Shown here: positions 20,120 to 30,189 of the stretch, piece after piece
Numbering within the stretch: the stretch's first letter is position 1
Layout: each line of letters opens with the position of its first letter
Assembly: GCA_902599315.1 (NCBI GenBank)
Contig: CACKEY010000002.1
Coordinates: forward strand, 151,647-215,646
DNA: 64,000 bases
Reading direction: 5' to 3'
Origin: an uncultured SAR86 cluster bacterium
GTDB taxonomy: Bacteria > Pseudomonadota > Gammaproteobacteria > Magnimaribacterales > D2472
The notes under the pieces: model-generated
Database searches by the model: none
Told to the model about the DNA's origin: nothing
What the model saw: the letters and a program-made list of their open reading frames with translations, nothing else
Made by a program: the position numbers and the translations under genes

Positions 20120-20652
20120 AACATTGATTTTAATAGATTCCAATCAAAATATGGTCCAGGATCTGTTTTTCTTCCAGGAGCAATCTCATTATGGCCAACG
20201 ATATTTTTCTTATTAATTTTTAAATCAGCTGAAATGTGACTGATTAGATTAGACAAAGATTCGTATTGAGCAGAGGTAAATTCCTCAGTATCGCATCCCT
20301 CTAATTCAATCCCAATTGAAAAGTCATTGCAATTTTCACGACCTTGATAATTTGATTTTCCTGCATGCCATGCTCTTTTATCGATAGGAACAAACTGAAT
20401 GAGGCTTCCAGATCGAGAAATTAGAAAATGTGATGAAACTTTAAGATGTTCAATAGATTGCAAAAATTTATCATTACCTGGATCTAGATCATTTAAAAAT
20501 AAGTCTTTTATAAGTTGGGTATTATAATTTCCTTCTGGCAAGCTTATTGCGTGAATCACAAACAAATCGATGTTTGAATTTTCTGATCTATTGTCAAAAT
20601 TGGGCGATGGGCAGAATTCTGCTTCATTAATAATGCCATCTGTGATTTTCAT
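20116..20652 (-). CDS. ampD: 1,6-anhydro-N-acetylmuramyl-L-alanine amidase AmpD
   Basis: SPNFD, IHAISLP, VSSHFLI, RAWHAG, GRKTDPG; start re-placed at MKITDG. Confidence 0.93.
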   Translation of the reverse strand: MKITDGIINEAEFCPSPNFDNRSENSNIDLFVIHAISLPEGNYNTQLIKDLFLNDLDPGNDKFLQSIEHLKVSSHFLISRSGSLIQFVPIDKRAWHAGKSNYQGRENCNDFSIGIELEGCDTEEFTSAQYESLSNLISHISADLKINKKNIVGHNEIAPGRKTDPGPYFDWNLLKSML

Positions 20653-20668
20653 ATTTTTTTCTATTCGG

Positions 20669-21610
20669 TCATCGAAGTTCAGGGGGTAATCTGAAATATA
20701 TGTTCTCCTTATTTTCTCCAAGCTCCTCAGGAATTGCATTGAATTTATTACTTACAACTTTCACAACTTTTTGAACGATAGACTCTGGGGCAGATGCACC
20801 CGCTGTAATTCCTATGCTTTTGAATTGAGAAAGCTTTTCGAAATCTATTTCATTAGCTCCATCAATTAAAATAGATGTGGCTCCACATTTTTCAGCCAAT
20901 TCTTTTAAACGATTTGAATTTGAGCTATTTTTAGAGCCAATAACAATAATAAATTCACTTTCCAAAGCAAGTTGCTTCACAGCATCCTGTCTATTTTGAG
21001 TTGCATAACATATATCATCACTTTTAGGTTTAAGGATTTTTGGAAATTTTTGAAATAATATTTCTACTATGGATATAGTATCGTCAAGACTGAGTGTTGT
21101 TTGAGTGACATAAGTTAAATTTTCTGGTTGTGATACCTCAAGTAATTCAGCCTCTTTCTCGTCCTGCACAAGATATATCTTGCTTTTAGAGTTAATCGGA
21201 TTATGTCTTCCAAGGGTCCCCTCAACCTCAGGATGACCCTCGTGACCAATTAAAATAATATCTCTTCCTGCCCTTGCATGTCTCTTCACTTCATTATGAA
21301 CTTTTGTAACTAACGGGCATGTGGCATCGAAAGAGACTAAATTATATAATTCTGGCTCTTTCTCAACTTTTTCTGAAACCCCATGAGCGCTAAATATAAC
21401 ATATGAAGATTCTGGGACTTGACTTAGCTCATCGACAAAAATAACTCCTTTAGATTTTAATTCGTCAACAACAGCTTGATTGTGAACAACTTCATGACGA
21501 ACATAAATAGGTGGTCCAAACTTATCAAGAGCTTGATTGACTATATCAATTGCCCTATCCACACCCGCACAGAAACCTCTTGGATTAGCGAGAAGGATTT
21601 TTGTTTTCAT
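20669..21610 (-). CDS. ispH: 4-hydroxy-3-methylbut-2-enyl diphosphate reductase
   Basis: PRGFCAGV, DATCPLV, ICYATQNRQ, SSNS. Confidence 0.98.
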   Translation of the reverse strand: MKTKILLANPRGFCAGVDRAIDIVNQALDKFGPPIYVRHEVVHNQAVVDELKSKGVIFVDELSQVPESSYVIFSAHGVSEKVEKEPELYNLVSFDATCPLVTKVHNEVKRHARAGRDIILIGHEGHPEVEGTLGRHNPINSKSKIYLVQDEKEAELLEVSQPENLTYVTQTTLSLDDTISIVEILFQKFPKILKPKSDDICYATQNRQDAVKQLALESEFIIVIGSKNSSNSNRLKELAEKCGATSILIDGANEIDFEKLSQFKSIGITAGASAPESIVQKVVKVVSNKFNAIPEELGENKENIYFRLPPELR

Positions 21611-22107
21611 GGTTCGCTATTATAGAGATATTTCTTTAATTCCATAATTAAAAATAAGGCAGCTCCAACGGATATAAATGCATCTGCTAAATTAAAAACA
21701 AAAAATGAGATGTTTCCAATATGTAAGTATAAAAAATCCGTGACTACCCCATCTATTAACCTGTCTAAAATATTTCCTAATGCGCCAGAAATAATCAATA
21801 TAAATATAATGCGATATATAAATGACTCTTGCTCTCTATATAATTCATGAAGATAGCCAACTATTATTAATCCAAGGATTGAAAGTCCAAAACTTAGTAT
21901 CATATTATTTATATCTAAAATGCTAAAAGCTATTCCAGAGTTATAAACCAAGAGAAAATCTATAATTGGAATCAAGGGTAATACCTGGCCAAACTCTAAA
22001 TATTGCTCTGCAATTGATTTTGATAGCAAATCAATTGCTATTAAAAAGAGCATAAAAAAATAGCCCTTATTTATGCTAAGCAAATTGTCTATCCTCTCCG
22101 GGTCCAT
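21607..22107 (-). CDS. lspA: Lipoprotein signal peptidase (real start possibly TTG at 22083)
   Basis: NSGIAFS, GALGNILDR, VTDF, FNLAD. Confidence 0.95.
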   Translation of the reverse strand: MDPERIDNLLSINKGYFFMLFLIAIDLLSKSIAEQYLEFGQVLPLIPIIDFLLVYNSGIAFSILDINNMILSFGLSILGLIIVGYLHELYREQESFIYRIIFILIISGALGNILDRLIDGVVTDFLYLHIGNISFFVFNLADAFISVGAALFLIMELKKYLYNSEP

Positions 22108-24847
22108 CTATATTTTGCTCGCATCGGTAGCATAACTCAGGATGAAGTTCGCTAGATCCAACAGATTTATGCCTATGCCAGCATCTAACACATTTCGCTT
22201 CATCTAATTTTTTAACAGAAATTTTTAGAGCCTCGCCTTCAGAAACTATGCATTCAGAAACTATAAAAAAGAAATGTATCTCAGTGGCAAATTTATTTAA
22301 AAGCTTAAAATCATCAGCATCAAGGGTTAAGTCTATTGATGCATCCAATGAACCTTTAATAATTCCCTCACTTCTTGATTCTTCAATACTTTGATTAACT
22401 GCTTCTTTTATCTCAATTAATCTAGACCAATTTTCTTTAGATAGTTCACTTTCAAAATCATCTAGATTTCTCAAAGTGGTTAAAAAAACTGATTCCGCGT
22501 TAGCTTTAAGAAAAGCATTACCTTGCCAAATTTCTTCTGCCGTAAATGAAAGAACTGGCGAAACTAGGACAACTAGTTGCTCTATGATAATGCTCATGCA
22601 GGTCTGAGCAGAACGTCTAATTTTAGAATTTTTTTGAGTTGTGTATTGTCTGTCTTTAATAATATCAAGATAGATTCCCCCTAACTGATTAACGCAAAAA
22701 TTGTGAATGCGCTGAATTACTTGATGATAAGAATAAGATTTATATAGCCCAATAAGATCTTCTTGCAAAAAAGAAAGTTCTGACAAAATCCATTTATCAA
22801 GCTCTAATAAATTATCGAGCTCTACTGAATCAATCTTTGCATCAAAGTCATTTATGTTTCCTAATAAAAATCTAAAGGTATTTCTAATTCTTCTATATTG
22901 ATCAGATACTCTCTTAAATATTTCGTCAGAAGCAACCATTTCACTTCTAAAATCAGTAGAGGCAATCCACAACCGAAGAATATCGGCTCCTAATGTATCC
23001 CAAATTTTTTGAGGAGATATTGTATTACCCAGAGATTTTGACTGTTTTTTTCCCTCTTCATCAACAACAAAGCCGTGCGTTAATACTGATCGATATGGAG
23101 CCATTCCCTTCGAGGCAATTCCTGTTAAAAGTGATGATTGAAACCACCCCCTATGTTGATCTGATCCTTCCAAATACAAATCTGCGACAATATTTGAACC
23201 ATAAAGCCTATCTAAAACACTCATGTGTGTAACGCCGGAATCAAACCAAACATCTAATGTGTCATGAACTTTAGAATAAGATTCATGATCATCAATTAAT
23301 TCTTTTAGATTTAAATTATCCCAGCCCTCAATGCCCTCTTGCTCAATTACTTCTGCAATTGGATTAAAAAGTTGATTTTGTTTTGGATGTATTTCTCCCG
23401 TTTCGTTATGAATAATTAATGGGATAGGAACACCCCAATTTCTCTGTCTTGAAATACACCAATCAGGACGATCTTCAAGCATTCCAAGTATTCTTTCTTC
23501 ACCCCAACCTGGTTCCCAGTCTACATTGGCAACTGCATTTACAGCGCCATCAATCAAACCAGATTTTTTCATTGAAATAAACCACTGAGGTGTTGACATA
23601 AAAATAACTGGTGTCTTATGTCTCCAGCAATGAGGATATGAATGATCGTATTGTTTGTTAGCCAGCAAGGCTTTTTTTTCATTTAATAACTCTATTACAA
23701 CAGGATCTCCCTTTTTTGTGCTTAGTCCGCTTAATTGACCATATTCTTCTTTAAAAAGCCCTCGATGATCCAAAGCCTTTATTGACTGTAATCCATTCTT
23801 AATGCAGATAAAGTAATCATCTAGTCCATGTGCAGGAGCTGTATGAACGCATCCTGTTCCACTTTCAGTGGTAACATGGTCAGCATGAAGTATTATTGAT
23901 TCCCTATCATACAAAGGGTGTGCCATTGAAATATTTTCTATATCTTTTCCTTGAACTGATGCAAGAACTTCCAAATCTAAATCCCAGCGTTCTGAACAAG
24001 CATCCAGCAGGTCTTTTGCAATAATAAAATGTTCATTTGAGCTTTTTACAAGTATGTAATCAATATTTTCATTAATGCACACAGCTACATTAGATGGGAT
24101 TGTCCAGGGTGTAGTAGTCCATATAACGAAGTAAGCATCTTTGATATTATTAATTTTGAATGAATTGCAAAGTGATTCAATTGACTGAGGTAATACTTTA
24201 AATTTAACGTCAATTGAATGAGATTTTTTATCTTTGTATTCAACTTCAGCCTCTGCTAAAGCTGATCCACAATCCATACAAAAATGAACAGGTTTCTCTC
24301 CTTTTTCAAGATGACCATTTGCAATAATTCTTCCAAGCGCTCTAACAGTATCTGCTTCGAAAGATTTATTTAATGATAGATAAGGATTCTCCCAGTCTCC
24401 AAGAACACCCAAACGAATAAAATCTTTTTTTTGTTGATTAACTTGAGATTGAGCATATTCTCTGCATGCTTTGATAAATGATTGTTTATTCCTAACAAGA
24501 TCGCTTGTCTTCCCATGTTTCTTTTCAATATTTAATTCAATTGGAAGACCATGACAATCCCAGCCTGGTACATATGGAGCGTCTTTTCCAAGCATGCTCT
24601 GAAACTTTATAGTAATATCTTTAAGGGTTTTATTTACAGCATGACCTAAATGAATGTCTCCATTGGCATAAGGGGGCCCATCATGAAGAATGAATTGCTC
24701 TTTACCATTATTTTGCTCTCTAATTTTGTGATAAAGGTTTATAGAGTCCCAAAATGCAAGAATTTCTGGCTCTTTTTTTGGTAGGCCAGCTTTCATTGAT
24801 AAATCTGTTTGGGGGAGATTTAAAGTATCCCTATATTCTTTACTCAT
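22076..24847 (-). CDS. ileS: Isoleucine--tRNA ligase (type 1)
   Basis: PPYANGDIHLGH, WTTTPWT, GSDQHRGWF, KQSKS, C-terminal zinc finger. Confidence 0.98.
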   Translation of the reverse strand: MSKEYRDTLNLPQTDLSMKAGLPKKEPEILAFWDSINLYHKIREQNNGKEQFILHDGPPYANGDIHLGHAVNKTLKDITIKFQSMLGKDAPYVPGWDCHGLPIELNIEKKHGKTSDLVRNKQSFIKACREYAQSQVNQQKKDFIRLGVLGDWENPYLSLNKSFEADTVRALGRIIANGHLEKGEKPVHFCMDCGSALAEAEVEYKDKKSHSIDVKFKVLPQSIESLCNSFKINNIKDAYFVIWTTTPWTIPSNVAVCINENIDYILVKSSNEHFIIAKDLLDACSERWDLDLEVLASVQGKDIENISMAHPLYDRESIILHADHVTTESGTGCVHTAPAHGLDDYFICIKNGLQSIKALDHRGLFKEEYGQLSGLSTKKGDPVVIELLNEKKALLANKQYDHSYPHCWRHKTPVIFMSTPQWFISMKKSGLIDGAVNAVANVDWEPGWGEERILGMLEDRPDWCISRQRNWGVPIPLIIHNETGEIHPKQNQLFNPIAEVIEQEGIEGWDNLNLKELIDDHESYSKVHDTLDVWFDSGVTHMSVLDRLYGSNIVADLYLEGSDQHRGWFQSSLLTGIASKGMAPYRSVLTHGFVVDEEGKKQSKSLGNTISPQKIWDTLGADILRLWIASTDFRSEMVASDEIFKRVSDQYRRIRNTFRFLLGNINDFDAKIDSVELDNLLELDKWILSELSFLQEDLIGLYKSYSYHQVIQRIHNFCVNQLGGIYLDIIKDRQYTTQKNSKIRRSAQTCMSIIIEQLVVLVSPVLSFTAEEIWQGNAFLKANAESVFLTTLRNLDDFESELSKENWSRLIEIKEAVNQSIEESRSEGIIKGSLDASIDLTLDADDFKLLNKFATEIHFFFIVSECIVSEGEALKISVKKLDEAKCVRCWHRHKSVGSSELHPELCYRCEQNIDGPGEDRQFA

Positions 24848-24853
24848 TGAGAA

Positions 24854-25798
24854 TTATTCCAGTATTTTTTTAGCCTGTGATATGTCTTGTAGAATTTGTT
24901 CTTTTAATAAATCAATATTATCAAATTTCTTCTCTTCTCGAAGTTTATTTATAAATTCTATAGTCAATCTTTGTCCATATATGTTTTCATTAAAACTAAA
25001 AATATGAATCTCAAGTACTGGCTTTGATCCATCAACGGTTGGTCTTATGCCCATGTTGGCAATTCCATTGTATTGCTTTCCTTCCAAAAAGCACTTTACA
25101 GCATAAACTCCTGCGATGGGTAGCCTTTGTTTGGGGATCCATAAGTTTGCAGTTGGAACGCCTATCGTTCTACCCAGTCTCTGACCAAAGACAACTTTTC
25201 CAGAAAAAGTGTACGGTCGCCCGAGCAATCTTTCTGCCAAATCAAAATCATCATTAAGTAATGCTTGTCTAATTCTAGTTGAACTTATTCTTTCCCCATT
25301 ATTAGAAACAGTCTCATGAGCAATAACATTGGTACCAGAATTTCTACCCCAATTTTTGAGCAATTCAAAATCGCCTGCCCTTTGAGCACCAAAACGAAAG
25401 TCATCACCAATAATTAAATGCTTTAAGCGAAGTTGCGCCAAGATATTATCAAGAAAGCTTTCTGGAGTCATAGTTTTTAAGGACTTATTAAATTGAAGAA
25501 AGAATGCAAAATCAATTCCAAAGTTTTTTAAGAGTTTAACTTTTTCTCTCCAAGGGCAAAGTCTTGGCGGAGGCACAGAGTTTTCATCTTTAGAAGCAAA
25601 GTATTCAGATGCATGAGGCTCTGTAAAAAAAACTAAAGATGCACTTGAGCTATCATTGGCTTTTTCAATTACCTGATTCAGAATTGCTTGATGCCCAAGA
25701 TGAAGACCATCAAAATTCCCAATAGTTCCACTCATTGATTGATTGGGAAACTTTTTATGAAAAGTTTCTAAATTACCTATTCCTCTTATTAAATACAT
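24854..25798 (-). CDS. ribF: Bifunctional riboflavin kinase / FAD synthetase
   Basis: GNFDGLHLGHQ, ISSTRIR, GRTIGVPTAN. Confidence 0.97.
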   Translation of the reverse strand: MYLIRGIGNLETFHKKFPNQSMSGTIGNFDGLHLGHQAILNQVIEKANDSSSASLVFFTEPHASEYFASKDENSVPPPRLCPWREKVKLLKNFGIDFAFFLQFNKSLKTMTPESFLDNILAQLRLKHLIIGDDFRFGAQRAGDFELLKNWGRNSGTNVIAHETVSNNGERISSTRIRQALLNDDFDLAERLLGRPYTFSGKVVFGQRLGRTIGVPTANLWIPKQRLPIAGVYAVKCFLEGKQYNGIANMGIRPTVDGSKPVLEIHIFSFNENIYGQRLTIEFINKLREEKKFDNIDLLKEQILQDISQAKKILE

Positions 25799-27345
25799 TA
25801 TCTAAAATCTGATGTTCGAATACCTAAAATAAAACTTACTCCAAAATAAATAAATAAGGAACCAATAATAGCTCCTGAAAGGTGAATCAATCTCTGAAAT
25901 TCTGAAAACATTTCAAAATCAATGTATTGATTAAAAATTGTTAGGAAACCTATTAATGCAAAACTAGCTATAGATACTTTAAAAGTAAAAAAGCTTAAGG
26001 CATGTTGCAGAGAAATCAAACTCTCCCTCCAAAGCAAAAAGGTAAGAATCAATACGCTTGCAAAAGCTGAAATTGAGCTTGCTATGGCTAATCCTACATG
26101 CCCAAATCCATAAAAAAATGCTAGAAGGTAATTAAGAGCTATGTTAAGCAATAAACTTATTAGCGCTACTATCATTGGTGTTTTAGTGTTTTGGCGTGAG
26201 AAAAATGCAGGAACTAAAACTTTCATTGCCATAAAAAAAGGTAATCCAAAAGCAAATCCTATTAAGCTAAAACTAGCCTGTTGAACGTCAACCCATAAAA
26301 AAGCTCCTCTTTGGAAAATAGTTGCAAGAAGAGGAGATGAAAATAAAATGAGGCCAATTACTGAGGGTACGGCTAAAAAAAACATTAATTTAAATGCATA
26401 TTGAAGCTGTGAAATAAAATTTTCAGTATTTTTTTGAGTATATGCTTTTGAGAGACTCGGCAAAAGAACCGTGCCAATTGCAATAGCAAAAATTCCCATA
26501 GGAAACTGTATTAATCGATCAGATACGTATAACCAAGTTGGACTTCCTGTAACTAATAATGAAGCAAAAATGGTATCAACTAGAAGATTTATCTGAGCTA
26601 TACCTCCTGCTATGAGTGCAGGAAGAATTAAAATAAAAAATTTCTTTACTCCGGGATTATTTAAATTAACTTTTGGTAAAGGTATTTTTTTTATAGCTGC
26701 AAGAGGCGCAAGTTGAAAAATGAGCTGTAAAACACCAGCTAGTAATACTCCCCAAGCCAATGCAATAACTGGTATTTCAACATTTGGAGCAATTAGCCAG
26801 GCTGAAACAATTAAGCACAAATTAAATATTAATGGTGTAATTGCAGGAATAGAAAATTTATCATGGGAGTTCTGAATACCAGCTGCAAAAGCAACAAGAG
26901 AAATTAATGCAAGATATGGAAACATAATTCTCAAAAGGCTGACTGCTAACTCTTGTTTTTCAGAATCAAAATAAAAACCAGGGGCAAATATCAAAATGAA
27001 AATTGGAGCAAATAATAATGCTAATGATGTAAAAATAAATAGAGCTGTAAGCAAAATCCCCAACAAAGAATTCAAGAATTCTTGCCCTCCTTTTTCATCA
27101 TTTTTTCCAAGATATTCAGAATAAATTGGAATAAAGGCTTGACTAAATGCCCCCTCTGCAAAAAATTTTCTAAAAACATTAGGAATCTTAAGTACAACAA
27201 CAAAAATGTCGTGAAAGAAACTTGCTCCCAGAAGATTTGTAGTAAATATATCCCTAATTAAGCCAGCGATCCTGGAAACTAAAGTCCATCCACCCACTTT
27301 TATAGTAGAAAAAAAATTTGACTGAGAGAGAGTTTTATTTGTCAC
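25798..27345 (-). CDS. murJ: Lipid II flippase MurJ
   Basis: SRIAGLIRD, FAEGAFSQAF, DRLIQFP. Confidence 0.95.
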   Translation of the reverse strand: MTNKTLSQSNFFSTIKVGGWTLVSRIAGLIRDIFTTNLLGASFFHDIFVVVLKIPNVFRKFFAEGAFSQAFIPIYSEYLGKNDEKGGQEFLNSLLGILLTALFIFTSLALLFAPIFILIFAPGFYFDSEKQELAVSLLRIMFPYLALISLVAFAAGIQNSHDKFSIPAITPLIFNLCLIVSAWLIAPNVEIPVIALAWGVLLAGVLQLIFQLAPLAAIKKIPLPKVNLNNPGVKKFFILILPALIAGGIAQINLLVDTIFASLLVTGSPTWLYVSDRLIQFPMGIFAIAIGTVLLPSLSKAYTQKNTENFISQLQYAFKLMFFLAVPSVIGLILFSSPLLATIFQRGAFLWVDVQQASFSLIGFAFGLPFFMAMKVLVPAFFSRQNTKTPMIVALISLLLNIALNYLLAFFYGFGHVGLAIASSISAFASVLILTFLLWRESLISLQHALSFFTFKVSIASFALIGFLTIFNQYIDFEMFSEFQRLIHLSGAIIGSLFIYFGVSFILGIRTSDFR

Positions 27346-27744
27346 TTACTTGGAAGAAATTTCTTTTTCAAATTCTAAAGCAACTGAGTTTAAACAGTAT
27401 CTTAAGCCAGTTGGCTGAGGTCCGTCAGTAAATACATGGCCTAAATGAGCGTCACATTTTGCACATCGAATTTCAGTTCTTACTCTTGAGAGAGAATAAT
27501 CATCTAGCTCTTTAATATTTTTATTGTCAGCGGCCTGATAAAAACTTGGCCAACCGCAACCCGCATCAAATTTAGCATCGGATTGAAATAATGTTTCTCC
27601 ACAACATATGCATGTGTATGATCCATTTTCAAAATGATCCCAGAATTGCCCAGTAAATGGAGGCTCCGTCCCATTCTCTTGTGTCACATAGTATGACTCA
27701 CTGGAAAGTTCCTTTTTTAAGTCTTCTTTAGATTTGTTAGCCAT
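27346..27744 (-). CDS. msrB: Peptide methionine-R-sulfoxide reductase
   Basis: [29 protein letters not shown]; two CxxC. Confidence 0.97.
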   Translation of the reverse strand: MANKSKEDLKKELSSESYYVTQENGTEPPFTGQFWDHFENGSYTCICCGETLFQSDAKFDAGCGWPSFYQAADNKNIKELDDYSLSRVRTEIRCAKCDAHLGHVFTDGPQPTGLRYCLNSVALEFEKEISSK

Positions 27745-27792
27745 GGTTCATATATTTTTTTTACATTATAGTCTATGGAGTATCTATCAAGG

Positions 27793-28515
27793 CTATGTTT
27801 TGATTTCCCAATTTCTTACCCAATAAATAAAAACTGTATCTATAAGCGCAATAAAAACTTTTAGAACATACTTTGCAAAAGAAATAGCAAAAGCCTGAGT
27901 AAATGTTAGATCTGTTGCAAGCACCCATGTAAATTGATAAATGAGGGTATCAATTAGTTGAGAAGCCATGGTTGAAAGATTATTTCTTAACCACAATTTT
28001 TTTCCATTGGTCAGATTTTTAAGATAGTGAAAAAACCATACATCAAACCTTTGACTAACAATATATGCAGTTAGTGAGCCAATAATAAAAATTGGTGAAT
28101 AAAATGCTAAAACAGATATAGCCTCATGAACCTCAGCTGCGGAACCTGTTAATTTTGACGGTAAGAACTTGGTGCTTAGAACGAGTGTGAGCATGACAGC
28201 AATATTTGCCACAAATCCAAGCATGACTGCTCGATTAGCTTCATCTTTTCCAAATTTTTCATTTAGGAGATCAGTAGCAAAGTATATGCCTGAATATAAA
28301 ATGGCTCCCATGCTTACATTAAACTGCATACCTAAAATAGTGAATTCGCTTACCTTCCCGCCTTGCAAATTTCCAAGCACTATCCCAAGTATAACAGCGC
28401 AATACAGACCATATTTTCCAAAAAATCTATAAAGAAAGATTGCTAATGACAAATCATATAGAACTACTAAAAGCCATAAGGTTTCTTGATTTAAATTTGA
28501 TAACAGGGAATCCAT
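27793..28515 (-). CDS. Queuosine precursor transporter (YhhQ / Vut_1 family)
   Basis: FATDLLNEKFG, SLTAYIVSQRFDV, LWLRNNLST...SQLIDT. Confidence 0.85.
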   Translation of the reverse strand: MDSLLSNLNQETLWLLVVLYDLSLAIFLYRFFGKYGLYCAVILGIVLGNLQGGKVSEFTILGMQFNVSMGAILYSGIYFATDLLNEKFGKDEANRAVMLGFVANIAVMLTLVLSTKFLPSKLTGSAAEVHEAISVLAFYSPIFIIGSLTAYIVSQRFDVWFFHYLKNLTNGKKLWLRNNLSTMASQLIDTLIYQFTWVLATDLTFTQAFAISFAKYVLKVFIALIDTVFIYWVRNWEIKT

Positions 28516-28614
28516 TTGGGCGTTATTATTACATAGAAAATTTAATTTTTAGGTTACATTAATGGTTAACCAAAGTTAGAATTATTTATGAGGAATAAAT
28601 AAATTGGAAAAAAT

Positions 28615-30189
28615 ATGAGTGATCTTGGTTTTTATAGATTTGCTAATGCTCAACCTGACGAAATTGCTATTGTTGAGCCATCAGAAAAAATTTGGACAAG
28701 GGGAGAACTGTTAGCTAAAACCAATCAGTTAACGCATGCATTAAAAGATTTTGGAGTGGAAACTGGTGATGTAGTTGCAACCGTTTTGCCAAATTCTGTT
28801 GAGTACTACATAGCATATCTTGCTTGCGCCCAGTCTGGATTTTATATGGTGCCAATAAATTGGCACTTAGCTGGACCAGAAATTGCATACATACTTGAAG
28901 ATTCCGGGGCAAAGGCCTTTATTGCCTCAGGTGAAGTGCCAGCAATGGAGGAAACATGTAAAAAAGCAGTTGCGGCAATTGATTTTCCCAAAGAAGGTTC
29001 TATAAGCACTACTGATATGGATGGCTTTATTCATTTAGATGATTTTGTTGCTCCGCATCCAACAAGCAATCCAGTTGAAAGAACTGCTGGTCAAGTAATG
29101 AATTACACCTCTGGCACAACAGGCAAACCTAAGGGTGTCAAGAGAGCATTGGTTCCAGGTGATCCTGACGATATCTTGAGTATGTTTGCAATGATTTTAA
29201 GCTTTTTTGAAATTCAACCTAATGAAGACAATGTACATATCGTAGGCTCTCCTTTATATCACACTGCTGTATTGGTTCATTCCTCAGCAGCTTTACATTA
29301 TGGGCATTCAGTAGTTTTAATGGAAAAATTCAATGCTGAGAAAATGCTCTATCTAATTGACAAATATAGAGTTACTACCAGTCACATGGTTCCAACTCAA
29401 TTTCATAGATTGCTACAGCTTCCAGATGAAATTAAAAATAAATATGACTGCTCATCAACCAGGGCAATGATTCACGCGGCTGCGCCTTGTCCTATTCATA
29501 CGAAACAAGCAATGATCGAATGGTGGGGAAATTCTATCTGGGAATATTATGCAGCCACTGAGGGTGGTGGCACAGTTGTAGACGCAGAATCTTGGTCAAA
29601 ATTTCCCGGCACAGTAGGTAAAGCTTGGCCAGGAGCTGAAATAAAAATTATTAATGATGACGGAAGTGAAGCCGATACTGATAATCAAGGCACAGTTTAT
29701 ATGAAATTAGGTGAAGCCACTAAATTTGAATACAAAGGAGATCAAGCAAAAACTAAAAAAGAAAGATTAGTTATTGATGAACAAGTTTATTTTACTGTAG
29801 GTGACATAGGGTATTTAAATGATGAAGGTTATTTATTTTTGTGCGACAGAAAAATAGATATGATAATTTCTGGAGGAGCAAATATCTATCCTGCAGAAAT
29901 TGAAAGTACATTTTTAATGCATCCTGCGGTCGCAGATGTGGCTGTTTTTGGAATCCCTAATGAAGAATGGGGCGAAGAAGTAAAAGCAGTGATAGAGTTA
30001 AATTCAGATCAAAAATCCTCAGAAGAGTTACTTGGAGAGTTAATGGGTTTTGCTCAAGAAAATCTTGCAAAAATGAAATTACCTAGAAGTATAGATTTCA
30101 TTAAAAAACTTCCAAGAGATGAAAACGGCAAGTTGTATAAAAGAAGACTTAGAGATCCTTACTGGGAAAATCAATCAACACAAGTCTAA
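28615..30189 (+). CDS. Acyl-CoA synthetase (AMP-forming, FadD-like)
   Basis: YTSGTTGKPKG, YAATEG, GDIG, IISGGANIYPAEIE, GKLYK. Confidence 0.9.
   Translation: MSDLGFYRFANAQPDEIAIVEPSEKIWTRGELLAKTNQLTHALKDFGVETGDVVATVLPNSVEYYIAYLACAQSGFYMVPINWHLAGPEIAYILEDSGAKAFIASGEVPAMEETCKKAVAAIDFPKEGSISTTDMDGFIHLDDFVAPHPTSNPVERTAGQVMNYTSGTTGKPKGVKRALVPGDPDDILSMFAMILSFFEIQPNEDNVHIVGSPLYHTAVLVHSSAALHYGHSVVLMEKFNAEKMLYLIDKYRVTTSHMVPTQFHRLLQLPDEIKNKYDCSSTRAMIHAAAPCPIHTKQAMIEWWGNSIWEYYAATEGGGTVVDAESWSKFPGTVGKAWPGAEIKIINDDGSEADTDNQGTVYMKLGEATKFEYKGDQAKTKKERLVIDEQVYFTVGDIGYLNDEGYLFLCDRKIDMIISGGANIYPAEIESTFLMHPAVADVAVFGIPNEEWGEEVKAVIELNSDQKSSEELLGELMGFAQENLAKMKLPRSIDFIKKLPRDENGKLYKRRLRDPYWENQSTQV

Noticed and set aside
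20653-20739. Long overlaps implied by track starts (ampD/ispH, ampG/ampD, iscU/iscS)
   Set aside because: Artefacts of longest-ORF calling; better starts at 20652, 20119 and 57487 remove or shrink them.
28516-28614. preQ1 riboswitch upstream of the queuosine precursor transporter
   Set aside because: No recognisable preQ1 stem-loop with A-rich tail by eye; an Infernal search would be needed to exclude it fully.
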